Shown here: positions 25,171 to 39,060 of the stretch, one piece after another
How the letters are laid out: every line of letters begins with the position of its first letter
How positions within the stretch are numbered: position 1 is the stretch's first letter
Origin: Vicugna vicugna
Taxonomy: Eukaryota
Assembly: GCA_013265495.1 (NCBI GenBank)
Contig: MU058000.1
Span: forward strand, 1,178,001 to 1,242,000
Length of the DNA: 64,000 nucleotides
Direction: 5' to 3'
Translations under genes and position numbers: made by a program
Notes under the pieces: model-generated
Databases searched by the model: none
What the model was told of the DNA's origin: nothing
What the model saw: only the letters and a program-made list of their open reading frames with translations

Positions 25171-27359
25171 CCAAAACCTTAATCTTTTTTTCCCTTTCAC
25201 GACACTTTAATCCTCTTGACTAGCCTAACTGCTAAATTTTGGGACTTGTGAGAGATGATTAGAATCATTATAATGGGCTGCCTCTCCTCATCGTTTCCTG
25301 GGAGGATTTGGCAAACAGGTAAGAAAAGTTGAGACCTATTTGCTCATTAAGGCCTTGGAGATGGACAGCTATTCTTCTATGCAACTTCATGTTCTGTTCC
25401 AAGGCAAAGTAGTTTCCTGTTGCTAACAAATTTTATCTTCAAAAATTGTCATCATGCTACACTATTGTCAACCATGTACAAGCTAGACCATGGACAAAGC
25501 AAACAGCTTCAAATGTTTGGTCGACATTGTCTTTCTTTCTTCTTTGTCTTAAGTGAACTGATGGAGGCAGAAAAGATTAGATAGTCAACCCCTCCCCTCT
25601 TACACTGTATATTTAAAAAAAAAAAAAAAGAATGCAGAGTGGGACTGAACACCCTGAGTGTGCCCAGAGTGAAGTTCCTCACCACTAGAGGTATTCCTAC
25701 TCAAATATGGGGCTGTTATTACTTGGAAATAGTAGGTCAGTGTCTTAAAAGTAGATTTTTCATTTTTTTTCCGAAGTGTAACTCTTGATCCTCTCCGCCC
25801 TAGATAAAATCTTTTCTGCAATTCTAGTACATAAGTCAGGTAAACACACTACTTCCCAGATTGGATTGAGGCTAAAGTGCCATTGAGGAATCCTAGGGTT
25901 ACATGGAACACTGCTTGAAGACCGTTAAATATTAAGCTTTGGATGAGGACTAGGTGTCTCTGAGATACTTTTCCTTCTGAGACTCTATGAACAAAATTGA
26001 AACTGTACATACAGTGATATTGAGTCATCTTCCTGAATTTGAACAAGACAAAACCAACCTTAAATATTCAGTCTGTTTCTTTCCTCTCCTTTCCCTATGT
26101 CTCAGTGAAGCTGAAGGAGGCCAGTGAGGAGATAATCCATCATGAAGATTTTATTAAATTCCACCCTTCTTGCCATTTTCCACCCTCTCACACACTTCTC
26201 CCCAGGAGGGGAAACAAGGGTGATAAAACAGATGAGAAGAAAATGGGGAGCTGTTTGGTCACTGGAGCCCTAGAACCTGGCTTCCATACTTCTGAACTTC
26301 AGAACCTTATTCCATGTTCCAAGGAGTGTTTGCTCTTGCTACAAAGTGTCATTTTGCATTGTCTTTACCATGGAATTTTGAAAATTTTTCCACTATCTTT
26401 TAAAATTAAGATTGAGTAGGGACTTTTTGTTCAGGGTGGAGGAAACCAAGTCTTTTAAAACTTATTTCATCTAAATAACATCTTATGACTACTACAGTTT
26501 TATTTACTTCCAAATGTCATCTCTATATACCATCAAGGATTCTCATCAGCTACCTTCCCTAAAGCTCCATGATACCTGTTAAGTTGAACTGTAATAAAAA
26601 AAAATGACAGATTGGAATTGAAATTTTTATTTTCAGCTTGGGTTAACTCAGAGTTTCCTTCTGAGAACATGAGAGTAGGTGAAATCAAAATCTAAGTTCC
26701 TGCTAGGACTTAAGTTGCTTTGTCAAGTTAAGGTTTAATTCTGCAGAGTGCAATCAGCTGCCTTCTCTTTCCCGAAGTAAAACCAGTCTACAAGTTAAGT
26801 TTTTAAATCCTGGATTATCAATTCATATGAGTCCTTAAAGCATTTCTGGATACAGAAAACCAACCTATCTGCTGTTTTGCTAGAAGCAACCTTACTCTAT
26901 GTCTTGGCAAACAATATTTTCCAAGTAGGAAATAACACAAAACTGATCTATGTCTATTGATTAGTAAATATTGATTTATATTAATTGAGTATGTTGATAC
27001 CAGGCAGTAGGACATATCTCCTACCTAATGGAGATTAATTTAATAAATGGTAATTTTATTAAAATTGAGATTTTTTTGCACACACACTCATGTATGTGTA
27101 TGTGTGTGTGTATATATGTATATAAAATGTAATTTCGATTTCTCTTGACATTGGCTTTAGTCAACCAAAAAATGAATTGATTTACTCACTAACCAGATAG
27201 AAGCTGGATAAATGGGATTTCTAGGTCCTTTATTCTAGAAAATACTTTTTCTCCTCCTTACATATCAGGTATGTTGACTTGTATTTATTTACACACTTAA
27301 GATGATCCAGTAGATTATCATCCAGTGAAGATTGTTCCTATAACCTGGGAATAATGTCA

Positions 27360-27570
27360 CAATAATTATTATTATTTACATGTGATTATTTGCATGCATT
27401 GTCTGATTTAACTCTCAGAATAATTGTAGTAAATCATGTCACTTGTCCCCATTTTACAGATGCGTAAATAGAGATCAGTGGTCATAGTCTTGACCAAAAC
27501 CAGAAAGCAATAATGTCAGAGTTAGCTCTGCCTGTTTCCAAAACTCAAGTTATTTCCATTGTGCTACACT
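27360..27570 (-). mobile_element. MIR SINE
   Basis: gtccccattttacagatgcgtaaatagag MIR core. Confidence 0.7.
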
Positions 27571-29009
27571 GCTCACACTGCCATTATCGTGCCTTTGTGA
27601 GCAAACAGAACCTCATAACTGAGCAGATGTGAATGTTATTTAAATAGTGTATATGCTATTGGAGGGCAAAATTCAGGAGGGATTATACTACTGCTATGTT
27701 GAGTCAGAAATCAACCCAGGTTCTGAATATTTCCGAGGCCAATCCTATGTTGCCTAGTGACCTGGAGAATAATCTGCTGTGAATGTTTTCTGGTGGTAGT
27801 TAAAAAAAACAAAAAAACAAAAAAACCCCAAAAAACAACTCGATTCCTAGAGTGTTATTGGAAGAATTTACTTGACATGCTTGGTAGAGTTTGTGCAATT
27901 CCAAGGGAGATCCCAGAGTCTAGGAAGTAGCATCATTGTCCAGTCGAGGGACAGCTATACTTCCAGGTTTCTTGTAGAAGGCTGCTGGTTACCTCCAAGC
28001 TGCACAAGTGCTCTTGAGGACTAATGTTTAATCTGTCGGAAGGAACATGGCAAGATGGAGTTGTCAGCACCTGCTAGTGAAATCTTACACTTCAAAACAT
28101 TGGAAAATATCTCTATATTGACATGACAAGGATTTTGTTTCTGAATCCTATAGAATTTATCAACTTAATTTAGTACAGTTAGTGCAAATTATTCCTTATG
28201 GATGGGCCTTAGTTCATGAAATATTTGGTTTGTAATGAGTCTTCTCTAAATGATGAAAGAGCCTGATGTTGTTTTGTGTGAACGTGCATGTTTGCTAGTC
28301 AATACAGCACACTGCCCTAGCTATTCAGTATGGCCCCATGCAACTTTCAAGTAGACAGGGAATAGAAGAGAGGAAACTTCAGACTGGAGTGGAAAAATAT
28401 ATTGAGGAATAGGGTTTTCCAGGCTCTGATTTTGAAAGTTGCCTTTCTGCAGGCACTGAAGCCTTGAAGCCAATTAAAAATATGCGTAATTAAACTGAAT
28501 TTTGCTCTCACCCCATTCTCAACTTAAACGGAATTTGCATCTTAACTTTAATTAAAATTTTGTCTGAAAAAAAATCACTAAGACCTCCATTTGAGATTTC
28601 AAGATACTGTGTTGTTTTTCCTCTCCTAATTCGAACTGGGTTTCCCCACTGGATTGTATTTGTCCATTGATATTCCTTCTAGCATTCCGGAAAGCTATAG
28701 AGATGCTGTAGTGGGGATATGTTAAAAAAGGGGACAATTGAACTATAGTCTGTATGCCACCATTGACTTGACAGGTTATTAGTTTTATTAGATTTGTTCA
28801 AAAATCGGTTAACAATTTCAGGGACAAAAAAATGTGTAAACTTCTCTTTATAATGTCTCAGTTCTCAAGTATTTTACCTCCAAAGATTCTTCCAGAATTA
28901 ACTTTTTAAAAAGTAGTCTCACATATTTTCCCACTTCTGCTGAAATGGCAATGGAATGCTTACTACTACTGAAAATGTCATTTATGTCATGTTTCGTATC
29001 TATGTTCAG

Positions 29010-29240
29010 GGTGCCATTTATATTAGTTCCTCTCATCCTTAAATGCTACAGTGCTACTTTCTCTGAGAGGCCTTTCCTGATAGTCAGAATTAAATATGCC
29101 CTTCTTTGGGTTCTTCTTTCAGCTAAGTGTACCACATGTCACCCTCTCACATTTGAGTTAGTTACGTTACTTGTTGGTTTTCTTCAGTGATTGTAAACTC
29201 CTTGAAGGTGAGTCATTTGTCTCATCCGACTGTAGGCTCC
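29010..29240 (+). mobile_element. L2 fragment
   Basis: ctctgagaggcctttcctga...attgtaaactccttgaagg. Confidence 0.6.
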
Positions 29241-29899
29241 CAAGTTATTTCTACTAGTTTTAAATGAAACAGAAATACAGGAGCAAAATGTGGACTAATT
29301 GAATAGAAAGACTTGACTTTTGGTTTTGTTTTTTTTTTTGGCTGAGGCATGAATGGAAGAATTTTGTAGAGGAGAGAATACATGTAGTGTCATTGTCCTC
29401 TTTTTCCAATGTCCTTGAAAATAAAGATTTCCCTTCCCTCTTTGCTTTCTGAAAATAAGTGTTGGGAAGTCTTTCCTTTGTGAATGAAATTTAATTATGT
29501 CCTAGTAATTTCTTGGAAGAGTCAAAAATTTACTGGGTCTCCTGATACTGCCTAGTGTTGGGGTCCCTTGTGCAATTACACTCAAAGCCCCAGTGAGAAA
29601 ACCATCATGCTCCTGGATAATTGGGTCCATATTCAGAGTTTGATATACTTGCCCAGAGAGGATTGGCTTGAAGTGAGAGGCAAAGTTTAAAGTAGTAAAA
29701 GTGGAAGGAGTAAATTAGGAGGCCAGCTTTTTTTTTTAATGTTGTTAATTGAATCATTAAAAATGCCATTTTGAAGCAGGGCAGGTAGTGTGTATTAATT
29801 GCAAGCATTAAAAGAGCAATAAATGTTACAGCACCTCTTTTAGCCGTGAGTGTTGAGAGCTGTTAACAAAATTTCACAAGTGGGAGAGTTACCCACATG

Positions 29900-30340
29900 T
29901 ATTCGATGATCATTTGCATACTTGCCATGTGCCTGGCACTGTCTTGGGCTTGAAGAAATCTTATCCTAAGAAAGGTTGAGCTCTGCTGTGGGAGACAGAC
30001 CATAAAAAATCGAGGGGTGTACATGGAATTCTAGAAGCACAGAGGAAGGAGCAAGGAACTCTCCCCTAAAGACGTCTGAAAAGGCTTCCCTGGGAGGTGG
30101 TTTCTAAGTTTTATTTTTAAGAATAGATTTGCCTGGCAAAAAAAGTGGAGGAGAGCATTTCATTTAGAAGGTACAGCCTACGCCCAGTTACGGAGTTGCC
30201 AAAGGCACGTGAGTGTTCAGTAACAATGAATGATCCAGTGCAGTTAGATGCAGGGTAGGTGGTGATGTTTCCTGGGAAGTGAAGCTGGACATGGAAGGTA
30301 GGGAGCGGAGGGTGAAGGATTTTCGATGTCCTGACAAAAG
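29900..30340 (-). mobile_element. L2 fragment
   Basis: ccatgtgcctggcactgt...gggagacagac...aggcttccctgggaggtgg...gccaaaggcac. Confidence 0.65.
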
Positions 30341-31106
30341 TCTGAACATTATTACAGGAGTAATTAACCATATGCCATCATACCTTACAAGGACTTTTCA
30401 TTATTTTAGTCACCTGGGACTAAATTCACAAGCACAAAAACAGCAGTCTACATCAAAAGGAGGCATTGATGCTTTTAGGGCTGAATCCGCATCAACCAGA
30501 TAACTATCAGAATTGTTGAGGGTAAAATCACTTAAGTCCTGTCCCTGAGCGGGTTTGGCATTCTTTTCCACTTTCCTCCATGAGAACAAATTGTAAACTT
30601 TCAGGGAAATTAGTTCTGCAATTAAAATGAGAGAGTCAGTTAGTGCTAAATTATTTAAACCTGAATAATTGCGTATCACTAGTCACGGTGGACTTTGGGA
30701 ACTTTTACAGAGTTAAACTGAAAGACTCTGAAAGGTCGTGAAGATTCCCTGAAGTTTTTCCCATGTTGAAGCCTCTTGGGTCTTTATAACTGCAAGTCTT
30801 AAGTGGGAGAAGAGCAATGACTGTTTTTTAGAGGCTGACTAGAATGGCCAAATATATCTCAGATGTAATAATGAAAGCTGTGTGAAGCTCTTAATTTCTC
30901 CTCTTACTATGGAAACGGGCCACATCTCTTACTACAATAAATTGACGTGCTGGGAATGAGCAGCTCAATTAGCAACTCCAGGCTCCAGTGGGAAATCAGT
31001 AACTTTTCAAAGAATCTTTGTTCAATGTCTTTTTCCCCCCAGCCCTTTGGCTAAACAGACAAATATTAAAATTCATTTTCCCCTCCCTCTGTGTCTTTCT
31101 TTATAG

Positions 31107-31107
<1 letters not shown>

Positions 31108-31142
<35 letters not shown>

Positions 31143-31180
31143 ATGTGAGAGAGACAGAGACAGAGACACAGACAGAGAGA
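31108..31180. repeat. (TG)16 microsatellite followed by GA/GACA repeats
   Basis: Read directly from the sequence. Confidence 0.95.
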
Positions 31181-32812
31181 TCTATTGCTTATAATTTGGA
31201 CTGTTTAAGATTCTAGTAGAAAGAACAGGAGAATGTTGGCAGGGTTATAAGTTGTCTCCCCTGATTTCTCCATTTCAGCTTCACTTAAGGAATTGTAGAT
31301 TGTAGGTGCAGATTTGAAAACCAGAATTAAAGAGTTTGAAACATGGACTTTACCAGGCCTTCTTCTAGTCCCAAAGGAGGTGAAAAAGCATAAATTTTGG
31401 GACTCTTTTTAGCCCAGTCCCTTACCCAGTTGGTACAGATATAAAGTTAGGTTTAAAAACCAACTCTGATGATAAACTCTATTTTTTCAGTGTAAGGTAC
31501 TTCATAAATTAAAAAAAATAAACTTTTCAAGTGCAAAATTCTGGGGGAAGAAGCATTTGTAGAAAGACAGCTAAATATTGCAGGGAGTATACAAGAAAAG
31601 CAACTCGTTTAAAATTCTTTTAACTTTGATAAGGGTTGGAAATACGTGAAGGAGGATTTAAGCTTTGTCCAAGTAAAAATCTGTTCTCCTCAAGAAGCTG
31701 TGAGGACGTTCCTTCCTTCTCCACAGGCTGAGTTAATGTGAGGAGGCTGTGGAAGACGCAAAATGCTTTCCCTGGAGGGGTGGGCTCTTCATTTTTCCAT
31801 AACCTCTGTGTGTACTGTTTGTGTTATTTTGTTTCCTGCAGTTCCTGGTTAACAGGGCTTCAATTGTACTTAAATGGCATTATTTGATCAGTAAATATTT
31901 TTGTGGTGATTACATCTTTCAGTGCATTCATAAAATGTCTAAAAAATGATTATCCTAGGATTTATTTTACTGCCAAGATTAAATTGACAACCAACATTCT
32001 GACCACTTCAGTTTAGTAAACAATTATTTAGTTCCTCTTGTTTACTTTTTTTTGAAAAAAGTAATTTATTCATTTTAAAACCAGGGAATTGACATGAAAC
32101 TAGCCATATGAATATATGATTTAAAAAAAAAGGAGGAAGGAGGTGCCCTGCTGAATTAGGCTGGCAAGCGGCAGGGAGCAGGGCAGAGTACAGAGCACCT
32201 CCAGAGCCAGGAGTCACCGCTGACGGAGTGTAATAGCACAGCAACATCCTCTGACGGAGGGACCTGATAGGCCAAATTTAAAGTCACCAGCACATATGTG
32301 TGACCAGAGCAGTATGGAAAGAAGAAATGCCGTTATTCTCATCACCAAAAGCTTCTTTGTTTCATAAATGGGCGTGCTTTAGAGACCCATTTCCATGGAG
32401 AAATAGCCTCAATATATTTTAAGGGGTCTTAAAGCCTAAAGTGTGATTTCCCCTTAAAATCCTTCTTGGGTAACATGGGGCAGCTCAGCACTCATGTATG
32501 CAAGCCCTCCAAGGCACAGGTTTAGACCAGTGAATGAGATAAAGGCCCCAGCTGCAAGGATGTCACTGGTGAGATCAATGAACAGCTGTCCAAAAGAGCC
32601 GAACTAAATGCTGCTAACTCTATAGGTATTTGAGGGGATGGCAATCCTAGAAGGCTGTTTTGGCTTTCTTTTGAGTCTGGAAATGAATGTTTTTGGGGGA
32701 GCCAAGCCTAACTCTCAGATGGCATGTGCTAAGTGATAGCTACAAGCTAATGTTAATATTAGGTTTAAAAGAAAACTGTGTCTTCCAAATATAGAAATTG
32801 GTGTTATTCATG

Positions 32813-33369
32813 TGTAATAAACCTTTTTCTCTATCCTCTTAAGTTTTGTGGGTGGGGCATGCAAACTAAACTGGTTACTGGCAGGTAAATAGGAGAAAAA
32901 CTTTATTTGTATGCATATAGGAGCTTGCAAAAGAAGTAGTGCTTTAAATGGTTAAAGTTAGAGGCTTAACAGGGGAAACTTCATAGGGGGAAGGGAGGGG
33001 GAGAAAAGGCTTTTATGGGAAGAACAGATTTCTTTAGGAAAGAAAAATGGGTTTTTGGAAGAACAATTAAGAGGTAAGAAATTTTGTGATGTTTGACTAT
33101 GTAGACGTGAATGGTGTTTCCATCTTCTTCAGGGTTTAAAAAACTCCCCAGAGTGGGGGATTTATGATAGATTTACTCTCTTTTTTCCTCTTCGGAGGAG
33201 AGCCACCCTGAAGAGATAATTTATGTCAGCCTCATTTCTCAGAAGTTGCTGCTTTTAGCCAGATAAAGGAACTTCCAAGAAGACTTCTTTCTGCATCTGT
33301 TGAATCTCAGATGTCTTCAGCTTAAATTAATCTTCGTATTAACTATGGGGTTCCAAGTGAATACCCACA
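32813..33369 (-). mobile_element. ERV1 MER34/MER39-like solo LTR
   Basis: ctgcatctgttgaatctcagatgtcttcagcttaaattaatc is the reverse complement of the motif in the LTRs at 37815 and 48818. Confidence 0.75.
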
Positions 33370-34699
33370 ATAGGAAGAAAAGATTTTCTTTGGTTGTTGT
33401 TTGTTTGTTGTCAGTTGAGGGTGGGAGTCCTCTCTGGGAGAGACCTGGTTTTATTTCGGGATGCAAAGTAATGGGCATGTTTGATTTTGAAAATTAGTCT
33501 CTTCAAACATAGCCTAAACTTGCTATGAGTTGGGTAAATTGCTCTTCACTAGAATTAATGAGAATTATGAGTGTTTGCAATGAGCAAGGGCCCCTGGGTG
33601 ACCATGATGGGTTCAACAGAGAGAAGCTGGAGGCCCAACAGTGGCACAGAAGTGAGACTTCTCTGGAAGGAGATGACCAGGAAAGTCACTCTGTGAGTGA
33701 GAGTAACTGAGGGGCCAATGATGTCCGGTGTGAATGTTGATTATTTCGATTTAAATTGTTGTCCAGTGTGCTTGCGAAGAAGTGACATAAATTTCCCAGC
33801 CAAACATCCCAATTGGTATAAGCCTTCAGGATTATCTTCTGCATGTAACACTGATTTGGTACATTACCCAGTGTATACATTCTGAGACACTGAGAGACAG
33901 AGAAGTTTAATTTTCATTAACATATTTGGAATTTGTCAGAATTTAATAAGAAGACTTTTTATTTCAGCATACATATAAATTTTGTGACATTTCAAAAAAA
34001 AATTGGGGAGGTTATTTATCATATAGGTAGGATATGGACACCCTAATCTTTTCAATGCTTATGTCTTTTAAATGACTTAAACAGTGATATCTTAGAGAAT
34101 TTCAGGATTGGGGCGGTGCCCTGTCAGGTCACAGGGACATAGAAGGTAGAATACACTTAAGGGATAAGATGAAAGACAGATTGCTAACTCAGTAGATGCA
34201 GGAAGATGCTGAGAAGAAAGTTAAGTCCTCTGAGACCCCCAAGGGCTAGTCCCGGGATGGAGCTGTCAGCCAAATTTTAACTTCTGTCCTAAGGGAAAAA
34301 GAAATTCAGCAAAGTGAATGATTTGGGAAAGTCCAAGGCTGACTTCCTGGTTATATAGGACACTAATGTATATTGCATACTCATGATGCTCTCCCCAGAC
34401 CTGGAAGGGAAGAGTGATGTTTGCAAATGAGATTCTGAAAGTAGCCTGTGAGGTCTTTATTAATTCTCCTTGTGAAGTGTTTCAGAAGATGGCTCTGGCT
34501 GCTAGGTGAAGGATGGGCTGTATCAGGTGAGAGTGCAATCAGGGGCCCATTAGGAGGCTACTGCAAGTTCTGGCTGAGCTTGAGGAAAAATTATGGAATT
34601 CTTTCCAAGTCAGAAAGTAAATATAAATCCACAGGGAAAGCAGGCTCTGGTGCAGGAGTTGGTCCTAGTGTTCTGTGTTCTCTGCCATCCTGACAGCCA

Positions 34700-36050
34700 A
34701 TGGTTTGGATTTTAATCAAGCCAAGCATGGTTAAGAGGTCATATCTGCAAACTGTGCACAAAGCTAGGAGCCTTGAGGGATAATGACCTCACTGAGTGAA
34801 CTAGGAAAACCTGCCCCATATCCCTGCAGACTAAGGCCGATGGGACACTTATCTATGTTAACTTTGGCTCTGGGTACAGTAGAGAATAAAAACATCCCCC
34901 TGCCCCTGAGAATTGCTGACCATACCCTACAGTTGTGCAGGTTTAGTCTGAATTCATAATAGTTGGTATGCCATGAAACTAAAGTCTAAAATTTAGTGTA
35001 AATTAGACTCCCAAGTTCCTGGAAAATGCATACATAAACTCTCCCAGGAGGTATGCAGTTTGAAGTCTAACTTCAAAAAATTAACAATATTTTTATGAGC
35101 TCAAAATCCTAAAGGTAGGAGAAAAGCCTCTATGAATCAACAGAAATAACAAACTACAGAGTCATGTTGCAAAAACTACAGAGTCATGTTGCAAAAAAAA
35201 ATCTGCAGATACTAGAAGTGATCAAACACAGATTATGCAATAAGTATATTTAATTACATTTTAAAGAAACAGGAGAGTAGGAAGAAAGTATGAACACTGC
35301 TCTGGTAGGACTGAAAAAGAATCAACAACTTACATAGTTGTCCTTAGATACACACAGGGGAAATTGGTTCCAGGACCCCCTGCATTACCAAAATCTGTTG
35401 ACACTCAAGTCATATAAAGTGGTGTAGTATTTGCATATAACCTATGCACATACTCCTGTATACTTTAAATCATCTCTAGATTACTTATAATACCTAATAC
35501 AATATGACTACTATGTAAATAGTTTCTGGCATGCAGCAAATTCAAGTTCTGCCTTTTGGAGCCTCCTGGAATTTATTTCTTTGAGTATTTTTAGCCCGCA
35601 GTTGGTTGACTTTGCAGGTGCAGAACCTGTGTATCCAGAGGACCTACTGTAAATTGAAGAAGGTACTAATTGGCATTAGAATCAAAGGATGATATAAACA
35701 GTAGATTAGACACAACTGAAGGGAAGATTCATGAACTGAAAGATGGAAGTAAAGAAATTGCCTTGAGTGCTGCAAAAAAATTCAAAAATATAAAAGATTT
35801 TAAGAGACATGAAGGAGAATGAGAAGACCCAACATGAATCCAATCAGAGTTCCAGGAGATCATGGAGAAAATAAGATAAAACATAAATTGAAAACGTGGT
35901 TGGGATTTGGTTGAAGATATGGTTGTGATTTTTCAAGAATGATGAATGGCTTCAGTCTTCTGATTCTGCAATGCCCATGAATCCCAAGCATAATAAATGA
36001 AAAGGAATCCACGTATAGACATATAGGGGAACTGGAGAACCCCAAAGACG
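34700..36050 (+). mobile_element. Old L1ME/HAL1-type 5'/ORF1 fragment (interrupted by MER2), lying between L2 pieces at ~34440-34585 and 36055-36260
   Basis: aacagtagattagacacaactgaagggaagattcatgaactgaaagat...gagacatgaagg ORF1 coiled-coil-like sequence; 5' boundary uncertain. Confidence 0.6.
35335..35649. mobile_element. MER2(B)-type Tigger/TcMar DNA element
   Basis: attggttccaggaccccc...tgtagtatttgcatataacctatgcacat...ctttaaatcatctctagattacttataatacctaatacaat...ctg followed by TA. Confidence 0.9.
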
Positions 36051-37109
36051 AAGCAAGGTTATTGTAGTAGTCGAGGGAATGTGGACTATGGAGGTAACAG
36101 TAGACGTAGAGAGATGTGGGCAGATTCAGGCAATGTGTCCGTGTTCACATTGGTGCAGTTTGCTAGTGGAATAGGTTTAGGGCACGAGGAGAAGTGGGAA
36201 TCACATGACTGCAGCATCTGGGCTGGTGACTGGTGGTGTATTAACTAAGAAAGGTAAGATGGGTTTCACTCCTTCAAGGAACTTGGCACCTGTCCTGGAG
36301 ATAGGAGAGGGAGAAAGGGCAGCTGGCTTTCCATGTGGCTATTCCTCAGGCCCAGCTGGCCCACTTCTGCCCACAGAGCTCCCGTTCCGGTCAGTGGATG
36401 TGAAAGGCAGTGAGTAGGGTGGGAAGTGCGGGGAGCTGTGGGGTTTATGGCAGGAAAAGGTGGTGATGGTTTTGTTTCTTTGTTTGTTTGTTTTTTTTTC
36501 CCAGTAAGCTCAGTCAGTGTGATCTGGGGAGAGTCTGAAGCCAATGCCTTGAGTGAAAAGGTGACATTTCTGCCCGGGCTCTTTTCTGAGATAGCAGGCA
36601 ATTTTTGTCAGAGTCCCACCTGGCTTTTTCTGTCACTTTATCCTCAGGCACGATCTTAATCTTGCATTGTTCAAGCCAGTCAGTCACTGTCACTTCTCTT
36701 TGTTTCAGCAAGGTATTTTTTTCAGGGCTTTTGGTTTTCCTCAAAATCTTTTCAAGGGCAATGTGCTGTTACAAGTGTGGCTGAAGGAAGTAAATACTTG
36801 GCTTTGAGGCCACAGCTTGTCTTGGGCTGTCTAAGTGGGGAAATACAGTTCTCTGGATGCTCGGATTCTTCCTTATATTACAGCTTGACTGAAACAAAAA
36901 GAGCCAATCATTTGTGAAAACCTATAAGCATTATTTTTTTCCTGATTTCTGGTGACTGTGCCTTCCCACCTTCTTCCTCATCCTTAAGAAAACCCTTGGT
37001 GCCTTTCAAAGGTTTTGAAGATTGCTTTCTATAACCTAAGCCCATCTTCTGCTTTCCCTCTGAGGCTACTTTAATCATCTCCAAACTCAGACCATTGACT
37101 TTGGACCTG

Positions 37110-38445
37110 AATTTTTTTAAAATAAACTTTTAAATTTTAGAATAATGTTAGATTCACAGAAAAGTTGCAAAAAGAGTATAGTTTCCACATACTAGTCATT
37201 TCCCCCTATTCTTTACGTCTTACATTACTGTAGTTCACTTGCCGTAACTAAGACGTGAACACTGCTGTGAACTAAACTCCACACTTTATTTGAGTTTCAC
37301 TATTTTTTCTAATTTCCTTTATCCATTAAGGATTCCTTTTTACACATAGTCATCATGTCTCCTTGGGTTCCTCTCGGCTCTGACAGTTTCTCAGCTCTCC
37401 TTGTTTTTTGATGACCTTGACAATTTGGAGGAACGTTGGTCAGGTGTTTTGTAGACTGTTCCTTAATTTCAATTTTATCAAATGCCTCAAATCTTAATTT
37501 GAAATTTTCTAATACTTTTCTCATGATTAGGTTGGCATTATAGGTCTTTGGGAGGAGGATAACAGAGGCAAAGTGGCATTTTTAAAAAATCACATCATAT
37601 CAAGTGCATATATTGTCAACGTGATTTATCACTGTTGATGTTGAGCTGGATCATCTGCCTGAGGTGGTTGGTTGTCTGGTTTAACCACTTTAAAGTTATT
37701 TTGTTGTTGTTTTTTCTTTTCTATCCTCTGTTCTTGAGAAGTAGGTTATTAGGTGCACCCATACTCAAGCAAGAAGGGAAGGGATTAAGCTGCATATCCT
37801 GGAGGGGAAAGTATTGTATAGAATTGAAATATACCACCCAAAATATGGCACTTTGGCTTATGCATTATTTTGAGCTAAAAGCGTTTGAGATTCAACAGAT
37901 GCGAAAGAAACCTTCCCAGGGCTTCCCTTATACCTGATTAAAAGAAGAGGTTTCTGAGAAATGAAGACTGCCACAAATTGCCTCTCCTGGGGAAATTTTA
38001 TGGCCAAGCTGGTGCTAACATGGACCTGCAAAAGCAACCCTTATCTTTCCCTGGATTCCCTCACCTATTTATGTTACCATGGTTCACCACTCTCGGAAGC
38101 CTAAAACGCCTTTTTCCTTTTGTCTTGTCATTCTCTACACATTTTTTTGTTTGGCAAGATGCTGCATAAGCCCCAGTTCTAGTCACCCCTTTGAGTTACT
38201 CATCACTGAATTTCTCCCATGTATCTGCTTTCTCCATGTGTTAATAAACTTCTGTTTGTTTTTCTCTTGTTAATTTGTCTTTTTTTCAGTCTAGTTTGCG
38301 GGGCCCCATTCCAAAAACTTAGAAGGGGAGAGGAGAAAAGTTTTTCCTCCTTTATAGTTTCTACATAAATTATTTGGAATTCTCCTGTGAGAAAGATTTG
38401 TCTCTTCTCTTACATTTATTTATTCAATTCTTTATTTATATCAGT
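37110..38445 (-). mobile_element. L1MC/MD-type 3' end, split by a MER34-like LTR
   Basis: ttttagaataatgttagattcacagaaaagttgcaaa terminus; sequence resumes (ctacataaattatttggaattc) after the LTR. Confidence 0.75.
37815..38356 (+). mobile_element. ERV1 MER34-like solo LTR
   Basis: TG start; ccacccaaaatatggcactttggcttatgcattattttgagctaaa; AATAAA near 38244; 4-bp TSD gtat/gttt. Confidence 0.85.
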
Positions 38446-38899
38446 GGACCTGATTTCATCCCCCTGTCCAGTCTCCCTTCTTAGGTTGGCTATTTTGTTT
38501 AGGCTACATCTTGATTCTCAAGCCTGCTTTCTTTTGGATACCGTCCCTGTTGTCAATTCTGTATTTTCTCCAGAACTTACCTTGCTTCTTTTGGGGGAGG
38601 GGAGTAAGGGGCAGAGAGAGGTGAAGAAAAAAGAAAGAGAAATGTCACACTTTGGGATGAAAAGGTGTAGAGGGAAGAGAATATGACCAGACTTAAAATA
38701 AGTGAGGTGACTGAAAATGCAGCGATGCAGGAAATTAGAGCAAGAGGTGACTATGAGAATGTATCTTTCCGGAGAACTTGCAGAAAGTGTGGCGAGAGCA
38801 CTAGATTTTAAACACTTTTTAAGGTAAAAGGAGATTCTGGGAGGATTCTGGGAGCATCCAGGTGGCAGACATCCAGGTTACATTTAAGGATAAGAAAAT

Positions 38900-39060
38900 A
38901 GAATTATCGAGGCCTTCAAGATCAACTCATCACGTCCCTAAAGATGAAGAATCTGTGAACCTGAGAGTTTTCGTGGATTGCATAAGGTCAGAGTTGTTCC
39001 CAGCAGAGCTAGAATTAGAAATGAGGCTTCCTGACTCCCCATCTAATTCTTATTCCAGGA
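38900..39060 (-). mobile_element. MIR-family SINE fragment
   Basis: aaagatgaagaatctg...aaggtcagag...gcagagctagaattagaa...cttcctgactcc. Confidence 0.6.
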
